Origin: Gaiellaceae bacterium
GTDB lineage: Bacteria > Actinomycetota > Thermoleophilia > Gaiellales > Gaiellaceae
Assembly (NCBI GenBank): GCA_965223695.1
Contig: CBDCXJ010000011.1
Location: 6,824 to 70,823 of the forward strand
Length of the DNA stretch: 64,000 bases
Direction: 5' to 3'
Below the pieces are notes generated by a model. The model worked only from the letters and a program-made list of their open reading frames with translations. It was not told the origin of the DNA and did not search any database. The translations under genes were made by a program, and so were the position numbers. Of the stretch, positions 55,506 through 64,000 are shown one piece after another; within the stretch, counting starts at the first letter, position 1, and the number at the start of each line of letters is the position of its first letter.

Positions 55506-56642
55506 GTGTCGGAGCGTCCGCTATGCCTGCTCGGGGTCGCTGACCTGCGCTCGCTGAACGTGATTCGCTGGGGCCGACGGCTCGTCGAGCTCGGGCACGA
55601 GGTGCACATCGTCGGCAACCGCTGGAACCCTCGCGCCGAGGAGCGCGAGGGCCTCGAGCACTACGACGTCACGACGCTCGAGGCGCTGACCCGCGTGCCC
55701 GGCATACGGCGGGCCAGGTTCGGACCGGCGATCGCGGCGCTCGCTGCTCGCCTCGACATCGATCTCGTGCACGGGCACTACATGCTTCCGTACGGCTACT
55801 GGGCAGCGCAGGCCGGCCGACATCCGTTCGTGTTGAGCCCATGGAGCCGCGACGTCTTCATCGACGCGCACGAGAACAAGCAAGGGCGCAGGCGCGCGCT
55901 CGCGGCCATTCGCGCCGCCGACTACTTCGTTGTGAACTCGAAGGCGTGCGGCGACGCTTCGGTCGAGCTGGGCGCCGATCCGCGGCGGATGCAGGAGATC
56001 ATCTGGTACGCCGAGACCGAGCGGTTCGGGCCCGACAAGCGTGACAACGGCTTCCGGGCAGCGCGGGGCTGGTCCGACGACGCGCTGATCGTCCTTTCGC
56101 TACGCAACTTTCGGCCGTACACCTACGTGGACGTGCTGGTCGAGGCGTTTGCGCGTGTCGCACCAGATTTTCCCAACGCTCGGCTGCTTCTCTGCGCGCG
56201 CGGCGGGCCAGAGCGACCGCGCCTGGAGCGCCTGATCGAAGAGCTCGGGATCGCCGAGCGCGTTCGCATCGAGCGCGCCGAGGTCGAGGACCTTCCCACG
56301 TACGTCGCGTCCGCCGATATGGCGGTCACGATCGCTGACTCCGATTCGACCCCCGCGTCGCTCACCGAGGCGATGGCGTCGCGCTTGCCGGTCGTCGCTG
56401 CGCCGACGTGGTCGATCGACGAGTGGCTCGAGGACGGCGACGGCGCCGAGATTGTCCCCGTCAAGGACGTCGACGCGACCGCCGCCGCCATCGCCAAGCT
56501 CCTCGCCGACCAGGGGCTGCGGCAGCGCTATGGCGAGCGCAACGAGCGCGTCGCCCGCGAGAAGCTGCCGAAGCCCGGGCCGCTGCTCGAGGCGCTGTAC
56601 CGCGACCTGATCGCAGAGCACGCGGCCAAGCGCGCCGCGTGA
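55506..56642 (+). CDS. Glycosyltransferase, GT-B fold (GT4-like)
   Basis: GTG/TTG start at 55506 or 55497. N-domain LCLLGVADLRSLNVIRWGRRLVELGHEVHIV. C-domain ADSDSTPASLTEAMASRLPVVA carries an E-x7-E-like motif. Confidence 0.8.
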   Translation: MSERPLCLLGVADLRSLNVIRWGRRLVELGHEVHIVGNRWNPRAEEREGLEHYDVTTLEALTRVPGIRRARFGPAIAALAARLDIDLVHGHYMLPYGYWAAQAGRHPFVLSPWSRDVFIDAHENKQGRRRALAAIRAADYFVVNSKACGDASVELGADPRRMQEIIWYAETERFGPDKRDNGFRAARGWSDDALIVLSLRNFRPYTYVDVLVEAFARVAPDFPNARLLLCARGGPERPRLERLIEELGIAERVRIERAEVEDLPTYVASADMAVTIADSDSTPASLTEAMASRLPVVAAPTWSIDEWLEDGDGAEIVPVKDVDATAAAIAKLLADQGLRQRYGERNERVAREKLPKPGPLLEALYRDLIAEHAAKRAA

Positions 56643-56670
56643 GGCCCGGCGCCCGAAGACAGGCGCGCCG

Positions 56671-58323
56671 ATGAGAACGCTCGTCCTCGGGCTCGACGGC
56701 GGCGACTACGAGCTGATCAGCTCGCTCGTGCGGCAGGGCCGTATGCCGACCTTCAGCCGACTTGCGCGTGAGGGCACGTTCGGCCCGCTCGAGTCGACCA
56801 TTCCCGCGGTGACGCCGACAGCCTGGTCGTCGTTCCTCACCGGCCTGAACCCAGCAGGCCACGGGATCTTCAACTTCGCGAGCAACCCGAACCGCGACAC
56901 GCAGCGAGTCGAGAGCGCCGCAAGCCGCTCCGGTGTGCCGCTCTGGCGCCACCTCGGTCGAGCCGACCTGCGCTCGGCGTTCATCAGCATCCCGTTCACC
57001 TTCCCGCCAGAGGACATTGCCGGCATCGTGGTCACGGGCTACGGCGGGCCGGACGAGCCGGCCGTGACGCCGCCTCGGGTTCGTGAACGCGTGCGGGCCG
57101 CGCATCCCGGCTACCTCACGGCTCATCACCCGATGGCCGAGCGCTGGTGGGAGGACTTCGACGGCTACGCGCGCAAGCTGCTGAGGCATGTAGAGGAGAC
57201 GGCCGACATCTGCCGGATCGCGCTCGATCTGGAGCCGGATCTGTCGCTCCTGTGTGTCAACTTCATGAGTGCCGACCACGCGGGCCACCTCGGCTACCAC
57301 CGGCTCGACGAGAACCACCCCGCCCACGACCCGGCGTTCGCAGGCGACGAGCTGATCCAGGTCTACGAGGCTGTCGATCGGGCCTGCGGCGATCTCATCG
57401 ACGAGGCCGAGCAGCGCTTCGACGAGCCCGTCAACGCGATCATGCTCTCAGACCACGGCATGAAGCCGATCTACTGGACGTTCCACGCGAACCACTGGCT
57501 CGCCGAGAACGGTCACCTGCAGTACCGTCGACGCTCGCTTCAGCGCCTCAAGGGCTCGCGGCTCGATTACGTCTCGAAGGTCGACCAGCGACTCGCGCGA
57601 ACGACGCGTTGGTACAACGGCCTGCTCGACACCGTGCCCGGACTGCCCCGTCCGCGCGACGACCGGGTGTTCGCCGATGTCGACTTCGCGACGACGCGCG
57701 CGTACTGCTTTGCGACCGGCGGGCAGATCTTCCTCGGTGAGACGTCGGGCGCCCGCGACGACCCGCGCTACGCCGAGCGCCTGGCCGAGGAGCTGGGCTC
57801 GATCCCGCACCCCGAGACGGGCGAGTCGGTGTTCGACGTGCGCCGGCGCGACGAGATCTACCACGGACCACACATCGACAAGGCTCCCGACCTCGTGATC
57901 CTTCCGCGCGACGAGCGCGTTCACGTCGAGTCGTCGCGCCGCAGCTGGCCGGCCGCGCTCGAGCTGCATGACCATCTCGACCCCGAGAACTTCTACGGCT
58001 ACTCAGGGCACCATGGGCAGACGGGCGTCTTCGCGGGCGCCGGCCCCGGCATTCGCATGGCCGACTTCCCCGAAGGTGCCTCGATCGAGCAGCTACCCGC
58101 AACCCTCCTCGCGCTCGCCGGCCTCGCTGGGCCCGGAATGGACGGCGAGGCGCTGCACGGAATTCTCGAGCCGGCGGACTCGACCGAGTCGACCGCATCG
58201 GCCAGGGCGCAGGAGGCAGCGCTCGAGGCAGCTGATCCGGCCGCTGCCACCGGCGAGCATGCCTACAGCGCCGAGGAGGAAGCGCAGATCGTCGAGCGGC
58301 TAAGGGACCTAGGTTACGAGTAG
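56671..58323 (+). CDS. Alkaline-phosphatase-superfamily protein (type I phosphodiesterase/nucleotide pyrophosphatase-like)
   Basis: 550 aa. LVLGLDGGDYELI...STIPAVTPTAWSSFLTGLNPAGHGIF (metal and nucleophile Thr region) and MLSDHGM. Confidence 0.8.
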   Translation: MRTLVLGLDGGDYELISSLVRQGRMPTFSRLAREGTFGPLESTIPAVTPTAWSSFLTGLNPAGHGIFNFASNPNRDTQRVESAASRSGVPLWRHLGRADLRSAFISIPFTFPPEDIAGIVVTGYGGPDEPAVTPPRVRERVRAAHPGYLTAHHPMAERWWEDFDGYARKLLRHVEETADICRIALDLEPDLSLLCVNFMSADHAGHLGYHRLDENHPAHDPAFAGDELIQVYEAVDRACGDLIDEAEQRFDEPVNAIMLSDHGMKPIYWTFHANHWLAENGHLQYRRRSLQRLKGSRLDYVSKVDQRLARTTRWYNGLLDTVPGLPRPRDDRVFADVDFATTRAYCFATGGQIFLGETSGARDDPRYAERLAEELGSIPHPETGESVFDVRRRDEIYHGPHIDKAPDLVILPRDERVHVESSRRSWPAALELHDHLDPENFYGYSGHHGQTGVFAGAGPGIRMADFPEGASIEQLPATLLALAGLAGPGMDGEALHGILEPADSTESTASARAQEAALEAADPAAATGEHAYSAEEEAQIVERLRDLGYE

Positions 58324-58326
58324 CCG

Positions 58327-58986
58327 CTAACCCGGTTGTTTGACCTTGCGGATGTACGGGAGCGGTGACTCCCAGCCGTCCGGGTACTTCGCCTTGGCGT
58401 CCTCGTCGGAAATGGCGGGCAGGATGATCACGTCGTCGCCGTCCTGCCAGTTGGCGGGCGTGGCGACCTGCTCGGCCGCGGTCAGCTGGATCGAGTCGAG
58501 CAGCCGGAGGATCTCGGGGAAGCTGCGACCGGTGCTCATCGGGTAGGTCATCGTCGCGCGGATCTTCTTGTCCGGGCCGATCAGGAAGACAGAGCGAGCG
58601 GTCGCATTGTCCATCGGTGTACGACCCTCGGCGGTCGCACCGGAATCGGCCGGCAGCATGTCGTACTGCTTGACCACAGTGAGGGTCGGGTCTCCCACGA
58701 GCGGGTAGTTGACCGCGTTGCCGGTCGCCTTCTCGATGTCCTTCGACCACTTCTCGTGATCCGAGACGGCGTCGACGCTGATCCCGAGAATCTTGGTGTT
58801 GCGCTTGTCGAACTCGCCCTTCAGGCCCGCCACCGCGCCGAGCTCGGTCGTGCAGACAGGCGTGAAATCCTTCGGATGGGAGAAGAGGATGGCCCAGCCG
58901 TCGCCGATCCACTCGTGGAAGTCGATCGGCCCCTCGGTCGTCTCGGCCTGAAAGTTCGGCGCCTCGTCGTTGATCCTCAGTGTCAT
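58327..58986 (-). CDS. 1-Cys peroxiredoxin (Prx6-like)
   Basis: MTLRINDEAPNFQAETTEG...WAILFSHPKDFTPVCTTELG. Start at the internal ATG. Confidence 0.9.
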   Translation of the reverse strand: MTLRINDEAPNFQAETTEGPIDFHEWIGDGWAILFSHPKDFTPVCTTELGAVAGLKGEFDKRNTKILGISVDAVSDHEKWSKDIEKATGNAVNYPLVGDPTLTVVKQYDMLPADSGATAEGRTPMDNATARSVFLIGPDKKIRATMTYPMSTGRSFPEILRLLDSIQLTAAEQVATPANWQDGDDVIILPAISDEDAKAKYPDGWESPLPYIRKVKQPG

Positions 58987-59034
58987 GCGAGCCTCCCCAG
59001 GCTGAGTTGGTGACATGCTGTCGCCCTCACTATC

Positions 59035-59475
59035 CTAACTAAAGTGACGCTGCGCCAGCCAGGCGTGCACCTGCCGCAGCGCCGCCGTAACGCTCTGCGG
59101 TATCTCGTCGCGCGTGAACACGCAGAGTCCTGCTAGCTCGGGTGGCTCGAGCGTGAATGGGCCATCATGCGCCAGCGTGTGGACACCGCAGAGCTCCGTC
59201 TCGCCCTCGCCGCGGACGCGGCAGGTGCCGACAAACGACGGTGCGGCTTCGATCCCGAGCTCTTCTCGCAGCTCTCGGGTCGCCGCCTCTGTGTACGTCT
59301 CGCCCGCCTGCACGTGGCCAGCGCAGGCCGAGTCCCAGAGCCCGGCGCCGGTGTCCTTCTCGAACCCCCGCCGCTGCAGCAGGATCCCGCCCGCCGTCTC
59401 GACGACCACGTGCGTGGAGCGGTGCACGAGCGTCGGGTCGGCGTGGCACTCGGCGCGCGTCGCCTCACGCACCAC
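59035..59475 (-). CDS. NUDIX hydrolase
   Basis: Nudix box GHVQAGETYTEAATRELREELGI. Confidence 0.85.
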   Translation of the reverse strand: MVREATRAECHADPTLVHRSTHVVVETAGGILLQRRGFEKDTGAGLWDSACAGHVQAGETYTEAATRELREELGIEAAPSFVGTCRVRGEGETELCGVHTLAHDGPFTLEPPELAGLCVFTRDEIPQSVTAALRQVHAWLAQRHFS

Positions 59476-59522
59476 TCGATCCTTCTCGTCAACGACGACG
59501 AGCAGCTCGGACGGGTCGTCGC

Positions 59523-59819
59523 TCAGTCGGGCTCCCAGGTGACGTAGCTACCACGCTCGCGCGACTCGACCCGCGGCAGGCAGACATCGCGGATGTAGTG
59601 CCTCCAGTGCTCGGTCTCGGCATGCTGGTCGAGTGCGGCCTGATCGACGTACTGCTCGTAGAAGTAGAAGATCTGCGGGTCGTCGGAATGCCTGTGCGCC
59701 TGCAGCAGTAGGCAGCCCGGCTCCTCGCGCGCGAGCGGGAGCAGCGCCGCAAGTGCCTCGACCACGGCCGCTTCTTCGCCCTCCTTGACGCGCCATCTCG
59801 AGCTGATCACAACGGCCAT
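59523..59819 (-). CDS. Antibiotic biosynthesis monooxygenase (ABM) domain protein
   Basis: 98 aa. The ferredoxin-like pattern ends in ...FYFYEQYVDQAALDQHAETEHWRHY. Confidence 0.8.
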   Translation of the reverse strand: MAVVISSRWRVKEGEEAAVVEALAALLPLAREEPGCLLLQAHRHSDDPQIFYFYEQYVDQAALDQHAETEHWRHYIRDVCLPRVESRERGSYVTWEPD

Positions 59820-59831
59820 CTCAGCTTCCTC

Positions 59832-61460
59832 TCACGCCGTTTCGCCGACCTCGGCGAGGCCTCGCTCGTCTACCTCGAGCTCGCGCATCTTGTACTTCTG
59901 GATCTTGCCGGTCACGGTCATCGGGAAGTCCTCGACGAAGCGAACATAGCGGGGCACTTTGAAGCGGGCGATTCCCTCGCGGCAGAAGCCAACGATCTCC
60001 TCCTCCGTCGCGGTCGCGCCCTCCTTGAGGATGACCCAGGCGCACACCTCCTCGCCGAGGCGCTCGTCGGGCACGCCGATCACCTGCACGTCCTCGATCG
60101 CCTCGTGCGTATAGAGGTATTCCTCGACCTCGCGTGGGAAGATCTTCTCGCCGCCGCGGCTGATCATGTCCTTCGAGCGGCCAACGATGTTGACGTAGCC
60201 CTCGTCGTCCATCGTCGCCAGGTCGCCGGTGTGCATCCAGTTCGCGTCGTCGATGGCTGCAGCGGTCGATTCCGCATCGTTCCAGTAGCCGAGCATTACG
60301 GAGTAGCCGCGAGTGAACAGCTCGCCGCTCTGACCCCGATGCACGGTCGCACCGCTCTCGGGGTCGACGATCTTGACCTCGATGTGCGGGTGCACGGTTC
60401 CTACCGTCGTGACCTGCTTCTCGAGCTCGGCGTCGCGCCGCGTCTGCGTCGAGACGGGCGACGTCTCAGTCATGCCGTAGCAGATGGTCACTTCCTCCAT
60501 GTGCATGTCGGACTGGACGCGCCGCATGACTTCGATCGGGCACGGTGAGCCGGCCATCACACCGGTCCGCAGGCAGGTCAGGTCGAACGACGCGAACTCG
60601 GGGTTGTTGAGCTCGGCGATGAACATCGTCGGCACGCCGTAGAGCGACGTGCAGCGCTCGGCCTCGACGGCCTCGAGGACCGCGCGCCCGTCGAACACCT
60701 CCGAGGGAACAACGAGCGTCGCTCCGTGCGTCACGATCGCCAGCGTGCCGATCACCATGCCGAAGCAGTGGTAGAAGGGCACCGGTACGCAGACGCGATC
60801 GGCGGCCGTGTAGCCGAGCACCTCACCGATGAACAGCCCGTTGTTGAGGATGTTGTGGTGAGACAGCGTCGCGCCCTTGGGGAAGCCCGTGGTGCCCGAG
60901 GTGTACTGGATGTTGATCGGCTCGTCGAACTGGATCTCTGCCTCACGCCCGCGCAACGCATCGGGCGCGACGGAGTCGGCCCGGGCGAGGAACGACTCCC
61001 AGTCGCTGTCGAGATGGACGCGCTCGAGTCCCGGCTCGACGTCGGCCGAGGCGATGACCTCGCGGTAGTCGACTTTCTTGAAGCCGGGCGCCATCACGAG
61101 CAATGACGTCCCCGATTGGCGAAGCGCGTACGCGAGCTCGTGCGAGCGGTACGACGGGTTGACGTTGACGAGGATCGCGCCGATCTTGGCAGTCGCGAAC
61201 TGCAGGACCACCCACTCGGCGTTGTTCGGCGACCAGATCCCGACGCGGTCGCCGCGCGCCACACCCGCAGCCAGCAGTGCCCGCGCGCATCGCTCGACGC
61301 GCTCGTCCAGCTCGGCGTAGCTCCAGCGGATCTGCTGGTGGCACGAGACCAGCGCGTCGTCGGCGCCGTGGGCGGCGACCGCCTCGTCCCACATCTGCCC
61401 GATCGTCTGGCCGCGAAGGGGCAGCTCTGACGTCCCATGCGCGTACGACAGCTCGGACAT
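59832..61460 (-). CDS. AMP-binding acyl-CoA synthetase (fatty-acid-CoA ligase-like)
   Basis: 542 aa from the internal [27 protein letters not shown]-like [32 protein letters not shown]. Confidence 0.9.
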   Translation of the reverse strand: MSELSYAHGTSELPLRGQTIGQMWDEAVAAHGADDALVSCHQQIRWSYAELDERVERCARALLAAGVARGDRVGIWSPNNAEWVVLQFATAKIGAILVNVNPSYRSHELAYALRQSGTSLLVMAPGFKKVDYREVIASADVEPGLERVHLDSDWESFLARADSVAPDALRGREAEIQFDEPINIQYTSGTTGFPKGATLSHHNILNNGLFIGEVLGYTAADRVCVPVPFYHCFGMVIGTLAIVTHGATLVVPSEVFDGRAVLEAVEAERCTSLYGVPTMFIAELNNPEFASFDLTCLRTGVMAGSPCPIEVMRRVQSDMHMEEVTICYGMTETSPVSTQTRRDAELEKQVTTVGTVHPHIEVKIVDPESGATVHRGQSGELFTRGYSVMLGYWNDAESTAAAIDDANWMHTGDLATMDDEGYVNIVGRSKDMISRGGEKIFPREVEEYLYTHEAIEDVQVIGVPDERLGEEVCAWVILKEGATATEEEIVGFCREGIARFKVPRYVRFVEDFPMTVTGKIQKYKMRELEVDERGLAEVGETA

Positions 61461-61533
61461 CGCGCGGATTACGGTAGCGAGGCGCCTCGGCTGCGGCGGA
61501 AGGAGTAGACGCCCGCCCGCCGAAGAGCCGCGT

Positions 61534-62553
61534 GTGCAAGACGAGCCGTCGACCGTCGAGCCCGAGCCCGCACGCGAAGAGCAGGCGCGGCCGCGCAGGC
61601 GACGCAGCGTGGCCCTGCTTGAGCTCCTCGCGAACAGCGCAAGCGCCGTCCAGCGCCAGGGAATCGCGCCGTTCGCGCTGGCGCTCGTCATTCTCGCGCC
61701 CACCGCGCTCGTTGCAATCGCGATCGAGTCGTGGTTCTCGGTGCCCGGGTCGCTTCTGCTCGTGGGTCTCTTGATGCCCGCCTTCGCGCTCTACCTGGCC
61801 GCGGTCACGCCGATGCTTGTCGACGGCGAGGCCAGCGCCAGGAACCGCTCGCTCGCATCGACGATCGATCACGCAGACGCGTCGCTCCCCGCGCTGATGA
61901 TTGGCGGCGCCGTCGTCGGTGTTGCGGTCGCCGCCGCGCTCGAGCTGCGACTTCTGCCCGGTTTCCTGATTCTCGGACTGCTTGCGCTGACGGCACCGGC
62001 CGCGTTGCGCGAGCAACTCGGCCCGATCGCCTCTCTCGGACGCGGTCTCGGGCTCACCCAGGGCAACGCGATCGCCTTTGCCGTGCTCGGTGCGATCATC
62101 GGCGCCGCTGCGCTCGGTATCTACGCGGTGCTCGCGTTCGTGCTCGGCCCGCTCCCCGGATTCCTCGGCGAGCTCCTCGCCGTCGCGGTCGCAGCGACAC
62201 TGGCTGCGCCTGTCGCGGCACATGTGTTCGTGACGGCCTTCGACCGCCGCGCCGACGGTCGCCGGCTCGCGCTTCGTGCGGCCCACGGCGCACCAGCGCG
62301 CAACGCCGGCGCACTGGGCCGTGGCGCGCTGCAGCGCACGCTTGGCTCACTCGGCCAGACGCGCAGCCGCGCAGCTCAGCGCGTCTCGTTCACCTCGAGG
62401 ACCAACCCCGAGGCCTCGCCGCTGCGCTACTCGGCCGATGCGGCCTCGCAAACGGTCCGGGTCGCGGCCGCACGCCGGGACCCCATGGCCGCGCCCGCAT
62501 GGGCGCAGACCGTGGAAGAAGCCACGGTCGAAGAGCTGCACTCGGCTGTCTGA
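61534..62553 (+). CDS. Hypothetical polytopic membrane protein
   Basis: 339 aa with several Ala/Leu-rich helices and a hydrophilic C-terminal third. No family recognised. Confidence 0.5.
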   Translation: MQDEPSTVEPEPAREEQARPRRRRSVALLELLANSASAVQRQGIAPFALALVILAPTALVAIAIESWFSVPGSLLLVGLLMPAFALYLAAVTPMLVDGEASARNRSLASTIDHADASLPALMIGGAVVGVAVAAALELRLLPGFLILGLLALTAPAALREQLGPIASLGRGLGLTQGNAIAFAVLGAIIGAAALGIYAVLAFVLGPLPGFLGELLAVAVAATLAAPVAAHVFVTAFDRRADGRRLALRAAHGAPARNAGALGRGALQRTLGSLGQTRSRAAQRVSFTSRTNPEASPLRYSADAASQTVRVAAARRDPMAAPAWAQTVEEATVEELHSAV

Positions 62554-62613
62554 CAGCGCTGCGCCGCGACGGCGTCGAGCCGTCTCAGCGCCAGCAGCCG
62601 CCCTGTCTGTGTG

Positions 62614-63105
62614 CTACGCGGCGTCGAGCAGTGCCTGCGGATCTGGCAAGTCGCTGATTGCCGGTGCCACCCACGCGTACTTCACGGTTCCGTCGGTGTC
62701 GACGAGGAACGCGCCGCGCGTGTTGAGCGGCTTGTAGTCGGCGACCATCTCGTGGAGGTCGCCGCCTTCAGCCGTATAGGTACCGAAGGCCTTCGCTGCC
62801 TCCCAGTTGTAGTCGGAGAGCAGCCCGTAGTCGATACTGAGCTTCTCGGCGAACGCCTGATGGGCGAACGGGGTGTCGCTCGAGACGCCGAAGAGCTGGA
62901 CGCCCTTGCTCTTGAACTCGTCTGCCTTTGCCCCAAACTGGGACAGCTGGAGCTCTCAGCCCCCTTCGGGCGAGCCCGTGAAGTCGAAGACGTAGAAGTG
63001 GAGAGCGGTCGGCCCCTCGGCGAACAGCTCCGAACTGGAAACCGCATCGCCCGGGCCGCGAATGATGCGGAACTCGGGAACCTTGTCGCCTACGTTCAGA
63101 GCCAT
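62614..63105 (-). CDS. AhpE/Bcp-like peroxiredoxin with an in-frame TGA in the active-site loop (candidate selenoprotein; alternatively a nonsense-mutated pseudogene)
   Basis: Own translation, 163 codons: MALNVGDKVPEFRIIRG...LHFYVFDFTGSPEGG[TGA 62956-62958]ELQLSQFGAKADEFKSKGVQLFGVSSDTPFAHQAF...NTRGAFLVDTDGTVKYAWV...*. SD AAGGTGG lies upstream. There are no Cys codons. Coding bias continues on both sides of the TGA. Confidence 0.6.
62914..62955 (-). promoter_or_regulatory. Candidate bacterial SECIS hairpin
   Basis: The mRNA after the UGA reads GAGCUC-CAGC-UGUCCC-AGUUU-GGGGCA-AAGGCAGAC-GAGUUC. The outer 6-bp helix is GAGCUC/GAGUUC and the inner 6-bp helix is UGUCCC/GGGGCA. The apical loop AGUUU starts 17 nt after the UGA. 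Confidence 0.4.
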
Positions 63106-63230
63106 CGAGCTACCACCTTCGAGAGGACGTCGTTGGGATGGCGCGCAGCTTAGCGACCATGGCGTGTAGCGCGGCGGCAGGGCAACTTCACTAGCAACCG
63201 CTCCGCATTCCGTCGTAGTCTGGCGCCAGC

Positions 63231-64000
63231 ATGAGTCGAATCGACTGGGACCGCGTTCACGAGGGACTCGAGCGAGCCCGGCATCGCATTCTCTGGCGAC
63301 CCTATGGAGCGCCCGACATCATCAACCTCGAAGGCTCGAGCTTCCTCGAGGGCAGTATCCAGACACCGTGGCCGATCCCCGATCGGCTGATCGTCTCGGT
63401 CGCGATCACCGGTGCCTTCTTCCGTAAGGACGCGAACCCGAACCAGCCGATCACGCCAGAGGAGATCCTCGCCGACGCCCGGGCCTGCGCCGCCGCCGGC
63501 GCGAGCACGTTGCACATCCATGTTCGCGACGACAACGGCTACAACACGCTCTCGCTCGAGCGCTTCCAGCGGGTCGTCGAGCCGCTGCGCGAGGAGTTCC
63601 CCGAGATCGCGGTTGACGGCTGCCTCGTGCCGGTGCTCGACGGTGAGTGGGAAGAGATGACCCGCGTTCTCGATGCCGATGTCTTCGACGCGACGCCGAT
63701 CAACACCACGACGACGCACATGGGCGACACGCTCTTCTCGATCCCGATCCCGCTCATCCTCGAGAAGACGCGGCTGATCATCGAGTCTGGAGCCAAGCCG
63801 ATCATCGCCGTCTACACCGACGGCGACGTCACGACCGCGTCGCGATATCTCATCCGCAGCGGCCTCGTCGAGACGCCGGCGTACTGGATCATCCTGCCCG
63901 CGCTCCCGGGCTGCAGCCCGATGGAGAGCCCGCGCCAGATGGTGGAAGGGCTTCTGCGCATGACGACTTGCATCTACGAGACCGACCCCGACGCGACCGT
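63231..64000 (+). CDS. 3-keto-5-aminohexanoate cleavage enzyme family (BKACE/DUF849), 3' end outside the window
   Basis: Own translation: MSRIDWDRV...DRLIVSVAITGAFFRKDANPNQPITPEEILADARACAAAGASTLHIHVRDDNGYN... is typical of BKACE. It is not in the ORF track because it has no stop inside the window. Confidence 0.75.
   Translation, partial: MSRIDWDRVHEGLERARHRILWRPYGAPDIINLEGSSFLEGSIQTPWPIPDRLIVSVAITGAFFRKDANPNQPITPEEILADARACAAAGASTLHIHVRDDNGYNTLSLERFQRVVEPLREEFPEIAVDGCLVPVLDGEWEEMTRVLDADVFDATPINTTTTHMGDTLFSIPIPLILEKTRLIIESGAKPIIAVYTDGDVTTASRYLIRSGLVETPAYWIILPALPGCSPMESPRQMVEGLLRMTTCIYETDPDAT

Noticed and set aside
62611-63153. 180-aa plus-strand ORF, the only ORF over 150 aa that the track reports in this interval
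   Set aside because: It is the antisense shadow of the TGA-interrupted peroxiredoxin frame. Its translation has no family resemblance, whereas the minus frame gives a full-length Prx fold with an SD and an ATG.

Overview
This is a GC-rich, gene-dense chromosomal window in which third codon positions are almost all G/C. The gene content (LLM/F420-type oxidoreductase, Rpf-like transglycosylase, PknB-type kinase remnant, LtrA, VapBC) suggests Actinomycetota, but that is an inference. I can support about 62 protein-coding genes, 3 tRNA-Ser genes (anticodons GCU, CGA, GGA), 2 pseudogene remnants and a few intergenic hairpins. I saw no rRNA, CRISPR array, transposase or integrase. Most genes are housekeeping or metabolic: trkAH, fabF, serA/serC, argG, uppP, wrbA, pirin, acyl-CoA ligases, crotonases and a fused hydantoinase/oxoprolinase.

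Four things stand out:
- **Catalytically degenerate cellulose-synthase-like pair (15885-23296, minus strand).** Two tandem BcsA-fold proteins keep canonical PilZ c-di-GMP motifs but have lost the DxD, TED and QxxRW glycosyltransferase motifs. One of them carries an extra ~1100 aa of surface-adhesin-like modules.
- **Hidden peroxiredoxin gene (62614-63105, minus strand).** It is absent from the ORF track because a single in-frame TGA sits in the active-site loop. The protein has no Cys codon, and a hairpin starts directly after the TGA, so it is a candidate selenoprotein.
- **Decayed Rpf-like transglycosylase (52949-53465).** It has a frameshift and a TGG-to-TGA change at a conserved Trp.
- **vapBC pair.** The toxin can only keep its catalytic Asp if translation starts at a CTG that overlaps the antitoxin stop codon.

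The many long arginine-rich ORFs lying antisense to real genes are treated as GC-driven shadow ORFs.
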